Positions 52,152 to 64,000 of a DNA stretch of 64,000 bases are shown piece by piece. The translations under genes were made by a program, and so were the position numbers. The notes under the pieces were generated by a model. The model saw nothing but the letters and a program-made list of their open reading frames with translations. It ran no database searches and had not been told where the DNA came from. This DNA is from Epiperipatus broadwayi (taxonomy: Eukaryota > Animalia > Onychophora). Location of the stretch: assembly GCA_028023455.1 (NCBI GenBank), contig JAQFVV010000001.1:35092001-35156000 (forward strand), read 5' to 3'. Position 1 is the first letter of the stretch, and each line of letters starts with the position of its first letter.

Positions 52152-53920
52152 TGTGTGATGTACCACTGGCAAATATATATGTTAAAAAAAGCACATACAT
52201 TCTGTGTTACATATATAATCATTTTAAAATAAATGATCAAATTTATTTTGGAGGAAAATGAAAAGTGAGAATAATAAAATAGAAAAGAAAAGTATGGTTC
52301 TAAAGAGTTTTTTTTTAAAGAAATGCAAACTTGCAAAAATGGAAGTATTGCATCACCTTTGTCTTCTAAAAATAAAAGAAAGTTTTAGTATTAAAGAGTG
52401 AGTAGGTGGGGGGGGGATTTATAAGTAAAAGTTAAAACTAGCTCTCCCTTTTTATAATTTTAAAAAAAAAATGTATGGATGAAAAAAGAATAGAAAATAG
52501 TAATCAATAAATGTAAAAATATAAGTTGTAAAAAAAGAGAACTTTTTAAAATTGCAATTCATTAAAGATTACATGGCTGATAAAAAAGATAACTTCTAAC
52601 TGAATTAATTAAATAAAAAAGGAAAACTCATGTACACTGTATTATTAAGAGAAGTAGATTAATCTTGAAATGAGATTAGGTAACCAAAGAATGCAAAAAT
52701 TAATCCTAATGAAACAATAGATGAATCTGGAAGGAGGATTAAGAAATATAAAATTGATTAAACTTGATCTGAGGATGATAAAGAGAAAACAATGAGAGGG
52801 AAAAATATAAAAGACAGAAGAGACAAGAAATTTATATAAATTCCCAAATAGATTGTTGTTCAGATGTCAAATTATTATTCAGCAAGGCTATATTACTATT
52901 AAAAAAATTAAAGATGGTCAGAAAAACTATCCATGTTTTATGCATGTTTGTTGACCTATCATCACCGAAGGTTGACCTAGCAACAGGTACTAAAACACTA
53001 AAAATGTTCAGCTAGTCTTCAATCCCAAGTTCTCAGTACCACCTGGAACCAACACTTACCTCATGACTTGTAAACCACTGATAATCTCTCTCTCCCTCAT
53101 TATAAATTTAAAGAATCAAAAGGAAGCTAACAACCATCAATGGAAATCAAAGACCAACTGGTTGGTAATCAACAAATAAGGAAACAAGCAAGAAACTGAA
53201 TCTATAAAAATGGGACATTATTCTAAATCCTAGGTAAATATGGTTTTTTCTCCCATTATAAATATCTACATATATATGTGAATGAAAGAAATTTTAATGA
53301 ACTCTTATAGCTACAGCCAAATGTAATCTTTAATATTGCCTAAGTAAATTTTTACTATATTGTGTTATAATGATGTATGTTTGTGAAAATAAATATTTGT
53401 TTACTTAATTGTTGTTTGATAGATTCTCTATGGTTTTTTCTCCCATTATAAATATCTACATATATATGTGAATGAAAGAAATTTTAATGAACTCTTATAG
53501 CTACAGCCAAATGTAATCTTTAATATTGCCTAAGTAAATTTTTACTATATTGTGTTATAATGATGTATGTTTGTGAAAATAAATATTTGTTTACTTAATT
53601 GTTGTTTGATAGATTCTCTCTCTTAGAACTGCATCACTAGTAGTTTAATTTATAAATAAGTGTTAGGCAAGTGTGCCAAAGGTCCCCCTCTCACAATTGA
53701 GAAAAGGAGCTAGCTTAGGATATATCAAACATTGGTTTGTGTGCTGTCATTCTGATTCCTAAAAAAATAAAGTGCTTTGGATGGCAAGGGTTTGAATCTA
53801 GCAGTTGAGAAGTGCTATAGACTGGAAATGTGATTGTAGATTATACTTTGTATGGCTTTAGTCTGGTTATAGGACTGCTGATGTTTCATCTATCTGTGGT
53901 ATTATACTTCTCTGCTTGAA
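52152..53920 (+). repeat. 3' LTR, with an internal 190-bp perfect duplication and truncated at 53920
   Basis: Follows the PPT directly; aligns to the 5' LTR. Confidence 0.85.
53240..53619. repeat. Apparently identical 190-bp tandem duplication
   Basis: atggttttttctcccattataaatatc...gatagattctct starts at 53240 and again at 53430. Confidence 0.92.
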
Positions 53921-55190
53921 GGGTCTGATTCACGGCACTCTGATAGGGTCAGACTTTATGCATAGATCCAAATGTACCATGGACATTGGAATGGAACAGA
54001 TCATGTATGAGAAGGAGGCAGTAAGGTTTGCAACAACAAAGTTACATAGCACAATAGGGGTGCTGCAAGTGGAGGATGAAGAAACAAAGGGGGTTATAGA
54101 GGAAAAGATAATAAAAGCTGTAATGGCAAATGGAAATAGGAAGGATGCACTCAAACAGATGCTTGAAAACTATAACCGGGTTTTTATAGATGTGCCAGGA
54201 GTGATCCAGGATTTTCAAATAGTGTATTAAGTTAATGTAGGATCATCTGTTGCAATCCTGTTCTTATCCTATTCTGCATCAATATAGGTAGGAGATTCAA
54301 ACACAAATAAACCAAATGATAGATTGGGGGGGGGTCATTTCAAAATGCTCATCTCCATGCTGTAATCCATTGGTTATGGTTGAAAAGAAAAATGGAACTG
54401 TCAGATTATGTCTTGAAGCTAGGCAACTAAATCCAGTAATGGTGCTCAATTGTAACATACCACCCCCATAGAAAAGTTTAAAGAAAAAAACATTTTTTCA
54501 ATGCTTGATCTGACTGCCAGTTATTGGAAAATTAATCTTCATCCAGAGGATTGATAATACAAGTTTTTAGATATGAGTGATACCCATACTACTTCAATAG
54601 CATACCATTTGGCTTTCTCAATAGTGGAACCAGGCTGCTGAGATTCCTCAGTTGAGTGCTGTCAGATGAAGTCAAGAAGCCAACGACAATATACATTTGA
54701 TGATGTGTTAAATAGCTTCATCAATATTGATGAGCATATGCAGGATGTAGAAATTTTCCTTACCTGAATGCAAGAAAAAAAGGATTAAGATAAACTTTAA
54801 AAAAGTGCTCTAGTGAGAGGTGGATGTTTTTAGGCAATATGGTAGGTTCACAAGGGTTGAGACTTATCCTGATAAAATCCCTAGTGATCAGCAATTTTCC
54901 TGTGCCTAAATCCAGAAGGCAGGTTTGATCATTCTTGGATCAGTGCAAATTTTTATAACAGGTTTCATGAATGGTTGGCAGAGCAAATGGAACTGTTAGT
55001 CCGGCTATTAAAGAAGATGTACTGTGGAAGTGGATTAGGGAAAAGATAAAGCATTCAAGGACATAAAAAGGGGTTTATAAAACAGGCATAATGATATCAT
55101 TCCCAGATTTTACCAAATCATTCATCATGCAGACTGATAGCAGTGGATACGGGTTGGGGTAACTTTATTACAGGTGCAGGACAGGAACAA
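53921..55190 (+). mobile_element. Second Gypsy pol fragment (protease end, RT, start of RNase H)
   Basis: GTLIGSDF; IQTQINQMIDWG..ISKCSSPCCNPLVMVEKKNGTVRLCLEARQLN; FSMLDLTASYWKI; FIMQTDSSGYGLG. Confidence 0.85.
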
Positions 55191-55949
55191 TCAATCATCT
55201 AAAACTATTATTCAAAATACAATTTTAACTTAAGATATCCAAAAGAAATCTATCATGAAGATTTTAGCCATGGGATTAACATTCCAAATTAAAAATTATC
55301 TTTAAAAAACTATTAAGCAGTAATAATGATAATATTGATAATTTATCGTGGATTATTGTCTCATTTGTTAAGTAAATTAAAAAGGAGAAAAACATTATTG
55401 TATATTTCTATATAAAAAAATGAAGCAAAAGTAGAAATGTGTGAATGATAGCTTTTATCTTCCAAATAAATAATGAATTATTTAAAATAACAATATTACA
55501 ATTAAAAATAAAATAATAGTTGAAGTTTTTAAACTTTTGAAATTTGTATAATTAAATCAATATTTTAAAAAATTAATTAATATCCTTGTAAAATATTTTA
55601 TTTCCATTCATTTTAATTATTACTAAAATTTATCTTTTATTTTTGCAATACTTATACATATTATCATTATTATTAGAACTCTTTATATAATTTTTGAACG
55701 GTAACACAAAATGCATAATAAAAACTAGAACTTCCTCTCCTCCATACACGTACTGTTATCCAAAATTTACTTATGCAAGAATATATAGAGCAACAAATCC
55801 ACATATTATTATTTATATAGAATGGGCTATAAGTTACTGTAACATAATATTATTTTATTAATATGATTATATTCTGTTAACATTACAAAAGACAAAATTT
55901 TAACATTGGACTGGGTCAATGTGGTATATGCTGTAAACAGCATCCAAAA

Positions 55950-57860
55950 AAGATTGTCCCTTATGTATTATAACGGGAGAAAGATCTTTGAGATTCGCAT
56001 ATACTGATCCTGGGGGGCACCAGTAGTCTGAAAATAGGACTAGGCATTTATTTTCGGGTGGACAGGATATGCAAATCAAAAGGCACCGAACTACACTCAG
56101 GGAGGAACAAGATATCTTAAATATTATTTAGACAGTTGAGAAATCAAAGCACAAAGACAAATGTCAGCCAAAGTAAGTTTAAACAATTTATTAATTTTAT
56201 TAAAAGTTGTGCAATAGAGTGAAAACATCTATCCACGATATAAAAGTGACTTATGTTAACATAAGCATATTTACCAGAGAGTGCACAAGAGTATGACAAA
56301 TATGAAGGCATTAAACATTTTGGCAATAAAATTCTCTCACTTAAAATATAAGAAATGGTTAGGATAATATCTTCTTGCTGGCCAGTTGTAAAATTACAAA
56401 AACAAACAACAACCCTAGCTTCCTGAATCAGGGATAATAAAACAGTTACTGTCCCACCAGAAATCAACGTAACCAGCGCGAACGTCCGAGCAGTAATATT
56501 CTAATTACTGTCGTTAAAACGCCGCAGGACTGCTGCGCATAATACTACATTCAAAGTAAACATGGTTGATCTCACTTACAAGACAGCAAAAGATATTTGA
56601 TTACGATCTTACGTAATCCAGAAAGAAATGACTACTTTCAGACAACCCAAAGAAATAACTTAACAAATAGCCAGCAAAAAGATTTTGTTATTTGCACAAA
56701 AAGCGCAAACGAAACATGTTTAAAGATTCTTTATTGTACAACTAAGGGCAGGTAAATAAATAAAGATTACAAAAACTGACAATGTGTTTTGTAATAGTTA
56801 ACGAAATAATCGGGTATATATTAAACATATAAAATACAATCACCTTATGCACCCCCTGATAAACGAAAATTGCAAAAAAACTTGGAATCTTAAAACTAAG
56901 ATTCCAAGACACACTTTAAATACTAGAAAAGAGTACATACAGATAATAAATAATTAAAAAAAAACAATTAATACCATTTTAAAACATATTTATCATTAGA
57001 TTGAGCGGAGATTTAATTAAACACAATTTATTTACCCTGGCTAGAATAGGAAAAAGTTTAGCTTATGGTAAGGCAGAGTTCTAGTGATTTAGTGACGAGT
57101 GCGCACTTTTGATAATAGTTCATCTTTCAGGTCCTTTGACAGTGGCAAGGTAGAGGCAGTGTTTATTTTAGAGGTTCATGGCATGACTGAAGAAGAGCTG
57201 GTAGGCGTGGGTCCATCCTTTGTTTAAATTAGCCAGACATTCTAATGGTGGCAAAACTCACAGTGGTGGATTTTGACATCTTGCACAGCAATGAAGTTTG
57301 TCAATAATTATTTAAGTTTTTAGTAGGAATTATACATCCGAACAGCTACTCACAATGGTATCCCTTTGCCTGCCATAATCCAAGTGTATCTAATAATGAA
57401 TCTCTTCTCTCTTCCAAAAATTGGTGGGCTATCATTGCTCGTTACATTTCTCGTGCAAAACTTTCATTAGTATCCATTCTATATTCCAGGCAGGGAAAAT
57501 ATTAATTTCCTGCTCAGTCTAATTTAAGACTTCCAATCAGGGATAATTGAAACAAAAACGACAAATACAAAACTAAATCTCCGCTTTTTAGAATTAACTT
57601 TAAAAATAATTACAATAAAAGCAACAGGAATATATAATTAGCAAGCTTGCCTGTTTTTAATCAAATTGATTAAAACAGGCAGTGAAAGTAAACTATTTTA
57701 AAATCAATTTTATAAACAAAGTAGTGATCTACTTTAAATATAAATGTGCATGTGTTTTAAATAATAATAAAAATTTTAGCATTAGACATTTAATGAAAAT
57801 GAAGTTGTTCTTCCTTTATTAATTTTAGTAATAAAACCATTGAATCGGAAATCAATCTGG
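55950..57860. promoter_or_regulatory. CpG-retaining island, candidate host promoter/enhancer or first-exon region
   Basis: Local cluster of CpGs (e.g. cagcgcgaacgtccgagc, aacgccgcagg, gacgagtgcgcac) in an otherwise CpG-poor window. No recognisable transposon hallmarks. Consensus-like donors at 56173 (+, GTAAGT) and ~56580 (-, GTAAGT). Octamer ATGCAAAT at 56069. Confidence 0.45.
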
Positions 57861-59502
57861 CTCAGTATATTATGGAAAAACCAGGGAAAATCTTAAAAGC
57901 AGAATGACTCAATACTCATTAATGTGTAAGAAGTCTAAGATTAAGTCTGAAACATCTAATTTATCTGCCTTTATTAATCACTAGAGAGAATATGGCCATA
58001 GCTGTGATCTGAGAACTGTCAGAGTTGTATGCAAAATAAAAGAGACATGGTTCATTACATAAAATAGATATGTAAAGAACTAAAAGGGTAATAGTATTCA
58101 AATCAAAAAAAAATAATGTTGTCACAGACTGACCATGAATATGATGTAAAAATGTCAAAAGTATATTTAATATAATAAATATTATTAAAAATTTATATTT
58201 AAACTCTGTACAAGTATATTTTATATTAATATTAAAACATATTAATAAAATTATTATTTTTGAAAAAAAGTTGCTTCTACCTTAAAAAATCAGTTTTAAC
58301 TAGTTTTGGAAATCTTTTCAATGTTTTTTTTTTAATGAAGAATTTGCTCCATGTCATAATTATTCTAATTTATTACAATAAAATGACTGAAAACTATGGA
58401 AAATAATCAGCTATGATATATAAAATTAATAATTTGTGTTGCCTCACTTAATTTCAATCACTGGCTTGTGATTTCCTTGATATTATTCTTAACATTACTA
58501 ACCAAAAGTCTTACTCAGGATACTGACCTGGATTTGAAAATACATTATAGTTGATTTGATTTCCAATCATTACCATTATAAGATTTTTTTATTATTTTCA
58601 TAATAAGGTATCTCACTTCTTAATTATTTTAGTGTTCTCTGAAGTACTATTTTTAAATTTTTTTAGACTTTTCTTACATCAATTGAGCCACTTATAGTTT
58701 ACAGTGAATGTTAGGGTTTATTTAAATAATTTTTAGTTTGTTATAAATATTCACATCGAACAAAAAGAACCTGTTTTGAAATCATTCAAATGTAATGACA
58801 CATCATATCACTGTTTTCATATGAATGCATATTAAAAATATTAAATTGAGTCCACTAATTTGTTTCATATAGGGTGCTTATAAACACTAGACTTCTATTA
58901 ATCAATTTATGATTTTAAAAACAGTAATATCTGGTCTGTGAATGAAATCATACAACTATCTATAATAAATTAAATTTAAGGAAGATATATTTATGACGAC
59001 AAGTATTTCATTAAATATTTATTAAAAAAAAACATTTTGTATTATTTATTATTGTTTTAAAAAAATCTTTTTTGTTTTTAATTTAAAAAAAAAAACAACC
59101 AAAAACAATTCTTTTCTTCTTCTTTCTACCAACTTGTTGTGAGTTGAATTAAATAGAAAACAAAAAAAAAAATCTTTTCTAATTTTGTAAATAAATATTT
59201 TTAGAGTAAATTTTTTTTTAAAGAAAACTTCATGTTTATTTATTCTGATTATGTTAATGTATAATCTATCTTTTTTTTTTTTTTACAAAGACAAGTTTTG
59301 ATTTATTTGAGATGGGCATTAAATAATCTAACACAGTTCTGTTTATGATTTTTGTTTTTATCACAAACATTAGATAATGAGATCATATACACAAATATTA
59401 AATAGTTTACATAATATTAAACATATAATTTAATATTATTAAACAATATTTAAAAAATCATTATTTATATGTGTGAATTCAAACATGTTTAATAATCTAG
59501 AG

Positions 59503-59975
59503 CAGGGGTGGCCAACGTTTGAGTTCATAATATCTACTTTTTATTTTAAAAATGTGATGCGATCGATTTGTTGTCATAGGCGTAGTCTAAGTGGAGGGAG
59601 GTGTAAAATACATACTATTTTTATATATCTACCTAGTAAAAAATAACAATTATTTAACGGGCCAAAAAAGTCATGTCCGGGGGAATTAAAGTAACGAGTA
59701 ATTAGTAACAATATTTATTAATTCAAATTAGCTACATTAAATCAAGATTAAAAATATTTTCAATAATGATACGGCTTAGTTGACTTCACCTATCTAGAAT
59801 TGAAAAAAAAAAATTAGACCAAAAACAAAAATAACAACAAAAAATAAAATTGAAAATCTTGACTTAATTTGTTTCACGCGTTATCCGATAGCTCTTGCCA
59901 GATTGGCCTCGCGATCGACCAAAAATGGCTTTGCGATCGACCGGTGGATCACGATCGACTTGTTGGACACCCCTG
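59503..59975. mobile_element. hAT-Charlie-type MITE (473 bp)
   Basis: TIRs CAGGGGTGGCCAAC / GTTGGACACCCCTG. 8-bp TSD atctagag / ttctagag, matching the Charlie NTCTAGAN target preference. CpG-rich subterminal gatcga motifs. Confidence 0.9.
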
Positions 59976-60399
59976 TTCTAGAGAGCATTTTACTGAAATA
60001 ATTTTAAAATGTTATCATTATAACAAAACATCATTAAATGGAAGCTGTTCAATATCTTGCGATAGTAAATGAGATGAATGTCATATGATCTACAAAGTGA
60101 AAGAAAATTAATGTTCAGATAAAAAATGTTACAGTTTCTTATTGGTTATTCAAAAATTTTATATGCTGGTACTTTTCTCAGTTTTTAATATACTGACTAT
60201 TAAAAATAAAAATAAATAAATATTATATTATCATTAGAAGACATAATATAAATTATTAGAATTTTTACAAAGTGATGTGCTTCCAGATAAAATAGAATGA
60301 AATTAACTAAGTATGTGAAGCAGAAATATATATATATATAAACTGAAATCTAAAAAGCTTTCATTTACAAACTAGTTTAACATTTTATACGTTATCAAG

Positions 60400-61560
60400 A
60401 GATTTCTGACATTGTAGGATATAAAAAGAATTTTTTGAAAATATCTATTTTATTAAAGAATGTTGAAGGTAAAAAATTTGAAAATAATTTGTTTAACATT
60501 TCATTTAATCACTGACTGTAAGTCTGTGCTGATGATATTTTATTTATAGTTATAATATATTGGACTATTTCATGATCCAATTGAATTGTTAAAGTTTTTA
60601 GAAAAAAATAAACTTTTTAAATACATTCAACTGTTAATAATAATACACAGATTAATACAGAACACAATATTTCAATTGCTGTTAGTTTCCTGCTTTCTTC
60701 AGGACAGCGATTACAACAAATGAATTAATGATCTTTAGATTGATAAATACTGAATTTTAGATGATAGTCTAATTAATTAGACAATTCTGTTAAAAGTAGT
60801 TATTATTAGAGATTTTGTATATTTATCTACAAGGATCTTCTGATTTCTCCATTTTTTTTCCAAATAAACTTAACAAATAGTTTCCAAACATTGTGAATTA
60901 TCTTATTAAGTTGATTTATGGATATCATTTGCTATTGCCATATGAATAGCTTCTTTAATTTTTATTTTTTCCCTCCCTCTGCCTATTATTTTTAATATTT
61001 TACCAATCAAACATATGAATAAGCTTCTATTTAAAAACAACTGTTTTTCCTTTAGTTATTGTTTTGTGTTCTTTAAATGATTTTTCAGTGTGGGAGCTGA
61101 TTTCATGCGATATATTTCCCCCACTTTTATGTAATATTTGATAGATACAGCTTTACTTTTCAGCATTTCAAATTTATGTTTTGTAAAGATTAGGATTCCT
61201 CATGGTGATATTGCTTTGGAAAGTTGTAATATTGCATTGATTACAGATTTCTTTCATTTATCTTTTATGTCTGATAGGTATGATTACATTACCATACATA
61301 TCACTTTTTATTCTTTTCTATTGCTTTTCTTAATAATAGCTGATAGATAATTATTCTTCATAAGAGTTTGTTCTATATTTGATTTTTCATAGCAACAGTA
61401 TAATTTCACTATTGTCTGTCTATCATAGTTGGATGTGGATCTAAATATTTTCATATGTAAGTGCAAATTCTGTGAACAATAGTTTTGATTGTTCCACAGG
61501 ATAATCTTGTGACAAGAACATCTAAAAATGTCTACTTTTATTACTGTTTCAATTTTTATT
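60400..61560 (-). mobile_element. Possible P-element/THAP9-like transposase remnant
   Basis: Minus-strand fragments RIC(T)LH..EN.F (THAP RxCSxHF-like, needs a frameshift) and RKLTAIEILCSVLI (cf. ...LCSVLFDEM preceding the first catalytic Asp). Very degraded. Confidence 0.3.
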
Positions 61561-61699
61561 ATTGCTTTAATTCTTTTATAAATTTGATTGAAGGAAATAT
61601 GTTATACAAATTTGTATCTATAATGTGAATTCATCATGTGGCCATAAAATTGTATCTATAATATGAATCCACCATATCACCATACAATTAATATATCAT

Positions 61700-62400
61700 T
61701 GAATAAATTCAAGCTTTTAATAGAGTTACAGTAGTATTTGTGAATATATTTTAAGCTCCTTTATGATAGTACTGCTAATCAGAGATGACATTAGCCAACA
61801 CATAATCATATCTTGATTTTATTGGATGTATTCTGTGGTATATTGGAAGTATCCTGTTGTTTTGCAGAATACTAAAAGTTTCACTGTGCTATCAATAGAA
61901 AGATTATACTGGTTTGTAGACTATCATCTTTATTTAAATGTTTTTTTACAGTAGACATTTTTTATTAGTAAATAATTTTCCATACCAAAAGTGTTTTATA
62001 GTATAATTTTTAATTTTTTTTACATTCATGATTAACTTTACAAAGTTTTAATAATTCCTGACAAAGAATTGTACATTATACTAAGGGATTAACAATCTTG
62101 TGAAATCTTGGCAAATTTTACACAGTGAATTTCAAGAACTAAGAATAGGTCTTTATGGAAGATAATACTTATGAATTTTAGATAGTCCATATAAACATAT
62201 TGTTAATTAATTATTTTTTTGGAATCTGCAATGATTTCTAAGTTATTTTTTCAGTATTGGTTTAATAACTGATATATAATTTATCCTCCTATTTTGTAAT
62301 AATCTGGTATAAGAAGCTCTCTTATTTTGTTGTCTTAATTACACAGTGTTCATTGCAATGGTATCATAGGAAATATATAAACTTTTTACTGATTGTTGCC
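61700..62400 (-). mobile_element. Penelope-like element RT fragment
   Basis: Minus strand LYGLSKIHKYYLP*RPILSS*NS (PLE motif LYGLPKIHK..PxRPIVS) and KLLVFCKTTGYFQY. Confidence 0.75.
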
Positions 62401-64000
62401 TCTGACAAATAAACTAAGAGGTTAGAGCATCACTTTAAATTCAGTATTTATAAATCTAAAAATGATTAATCTCTTCAATGTCATTAATACCTAAAGAAGA
62501 AAATAAAATAAAATTATTTGAACTCTTTAACAACCCAACTAGATGATGAAAATATTTGTTTAACATATAACTATAAATTTTATATAATATTATCATTCTA
62601 ATTATCAAAGATTTAGACTGATAAAAAGATAAAGAAAAGTGCTTCAAATATTTTTTTCTTAAAAGTAACAAAATTCATATGACCCACATGGTAAAGTTAT
62701 AATTTCAGATGCGATTTGATGTAAAATAGTTTTTCCTTAAATGAAGTCAGATGTTTTTGTGCATTTATATGCCCAGAAATCTTGTTAACAAAGTTAAATA
62801 TTTCTCATAAATACCACAATAAATTATTTCTTACTTCGTGGTACCCTAATTATTTATTTAACTCTGATTAATTCCTTTTTTCTTTCATATTAAAATACAA
62901 GTATAATGTATATACTTAACCTAGATGTAACTGTAGGAAGTTTGAAAGTCTTGGTTTAAATCTCCTTTAATTATATTTCATTTAATAAAATTGTTTTAAT
63001 AGTTCCACTATTCTGTCCTCATATTTTTCAATTTCATTATAAAGACCTAAACAAAAAAAAAAATCATAGAAATCTACATATTCTATTCTGTTTACCTTTA
63101 AATTTCATCTCTCTCCACAAATATAACCTGATTTTCTTTTAATACTTTTTACTTATCATTTCTCCACAGCAATCAAAATCCTTATTTCATTTGCCTCCTT
63201 TCTGTTTATATAACAATAAATTTAATTCAGCGTCATTATATATCCTTCAATATTTTAAATAATTTTTATATTTATATATCTTCAAACAAATTTTTTTATG
63301 TATATTAATTTTCCACAACCCATTTCTTAACAAATACGTTGAGTGAATTGGCTATCTATTAATTATTTATATTGTAAAACCTTGCTTGTGTAAAACCTTT
63401 TTTGTCCAAGAAATTTGTGTCTTTTACATACAATCTAATTAAACATTATTTTTACTAATTTGTTTTGTTTCTATACTAAAACCTTCCAACATTTTTTATT
63501 TGCTTTTCATATTAAAAAGAAACCTATCCCATTTCTCTTGAATAATGTCAGTTGCTGTCCACAATTCACTACTTAATGCACAGCTACCTAATTTATGTTT
63601 TTTTGAAGGTCTGTGATGATGCCATTTTAGTATTAATTATTTGTTGAACTATTTCCATCATTAAGAACTGAATGTTTTCAGAAAAAAAACTTTATTTAAA
63701 CTTTCAGTTAGTATTTAACACAATAATTTAAATGGTATTGTTCTCCTCTCTTCTTCAGGCGTTTCTAGCCTTACCAGTGACAAGACTATCATGGAAATTA
63801 AACCCGAACTTTTAGATTCTTAAATATTTAATTTTAAGGTAATGCTCTAATGAACTGAGCTATTGATGATGAAAATAGTGCAACAAATAATTAATATCTA
63901 TCTACTTCATTTTGTATTCTATTTAAAAAATTTTGAGTTCCCTGACTAATGAAAAATAAATCATTTTCAAATGTTAAAATGAGGACCAACACTTCTTTTT

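Larger units (their letters stand above)
45864..53920 (+). mobile_element. Ty3/Gypsy LTR retrotransposon, essentially full-length but heavily decayed
   Basis: LTR-like direct repeats 45864-47496 and 52152-53920, both starting TGT. PPT AGGGGAGGGG at 52141-52150. Internal gag-PR-RT-RH-IN order, with IN after RH, is diagnostic of Gypsy. Confidence 0.9.

Noticed and set aside
55980-56100. snRNA gene suggested by the octamer ATGCAAAT
   Set aside because: No sequence matching known U snRNAs or an Sm site could be identified nearby.
56144-56467. 107-aa minus-strand ORF in the CpG island
   Set aside because: Starts at TTG, shows no recognisable domain, and has no convincing splice context.
57065-57227. 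Short protein-like reading (MVRQSSSDLVTSAHF / ...GKVEAVFILEVHGMTEEELVGVG)
   Set aside because: Needs a frameshift, is under 60 codons, and resembles no family I recognise.

Overview
Very AT-rich, CpG-depleted eukaryotic (probably invertebrate/arthropod-type) genomic DNA, either intronic or intergenic, and made up almost entirely of decayed transposons. No intact host protein-coding gene can be supported. Recognisable elements: (1) an RTE-type LINE fragment; (2) two non-autonomous hAT elements with TIRs and 8-bp TSDs; (3) a minus-strand LTR element with paired ~0.9-kb LTRs, a PPT and only a coiled-coil gag-like pseudogene, with no pol; (4) a young tRNA-Gly-like SINE with a 14-bp TSD; (5) a ~2.5-kb Tigger/pogo element; (6) a full-length but decayed Ty3/Gypsy element (LTR-gag-PR-RT-RH-IN-PPT-LTR) fused to a second Gypsy pol fragment; (7) several Penelope-like element (PLE) RT/GIY-YIG remnants; (8) at least eight fold-back palindromes. 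The most notable pattern is a set of decayed minimal type-I hammerhead ribozyme (HHR) motifs. They lie in a dispersed ~270-bp repeat family and in the arms of three head-to-head palindromes, which suggests non-autonomous PLE/retrozyme-like elements. The block ~29,360-36,590, bounded by (TA)n tracts, has abnormal strand composition and is probably low-quality or artefactual assembly. A CpG-retaining island at ~55,950-57,860 is the best candidate for host regulatory DNA. All alignments and translations were done by eye and need computational confirmation.
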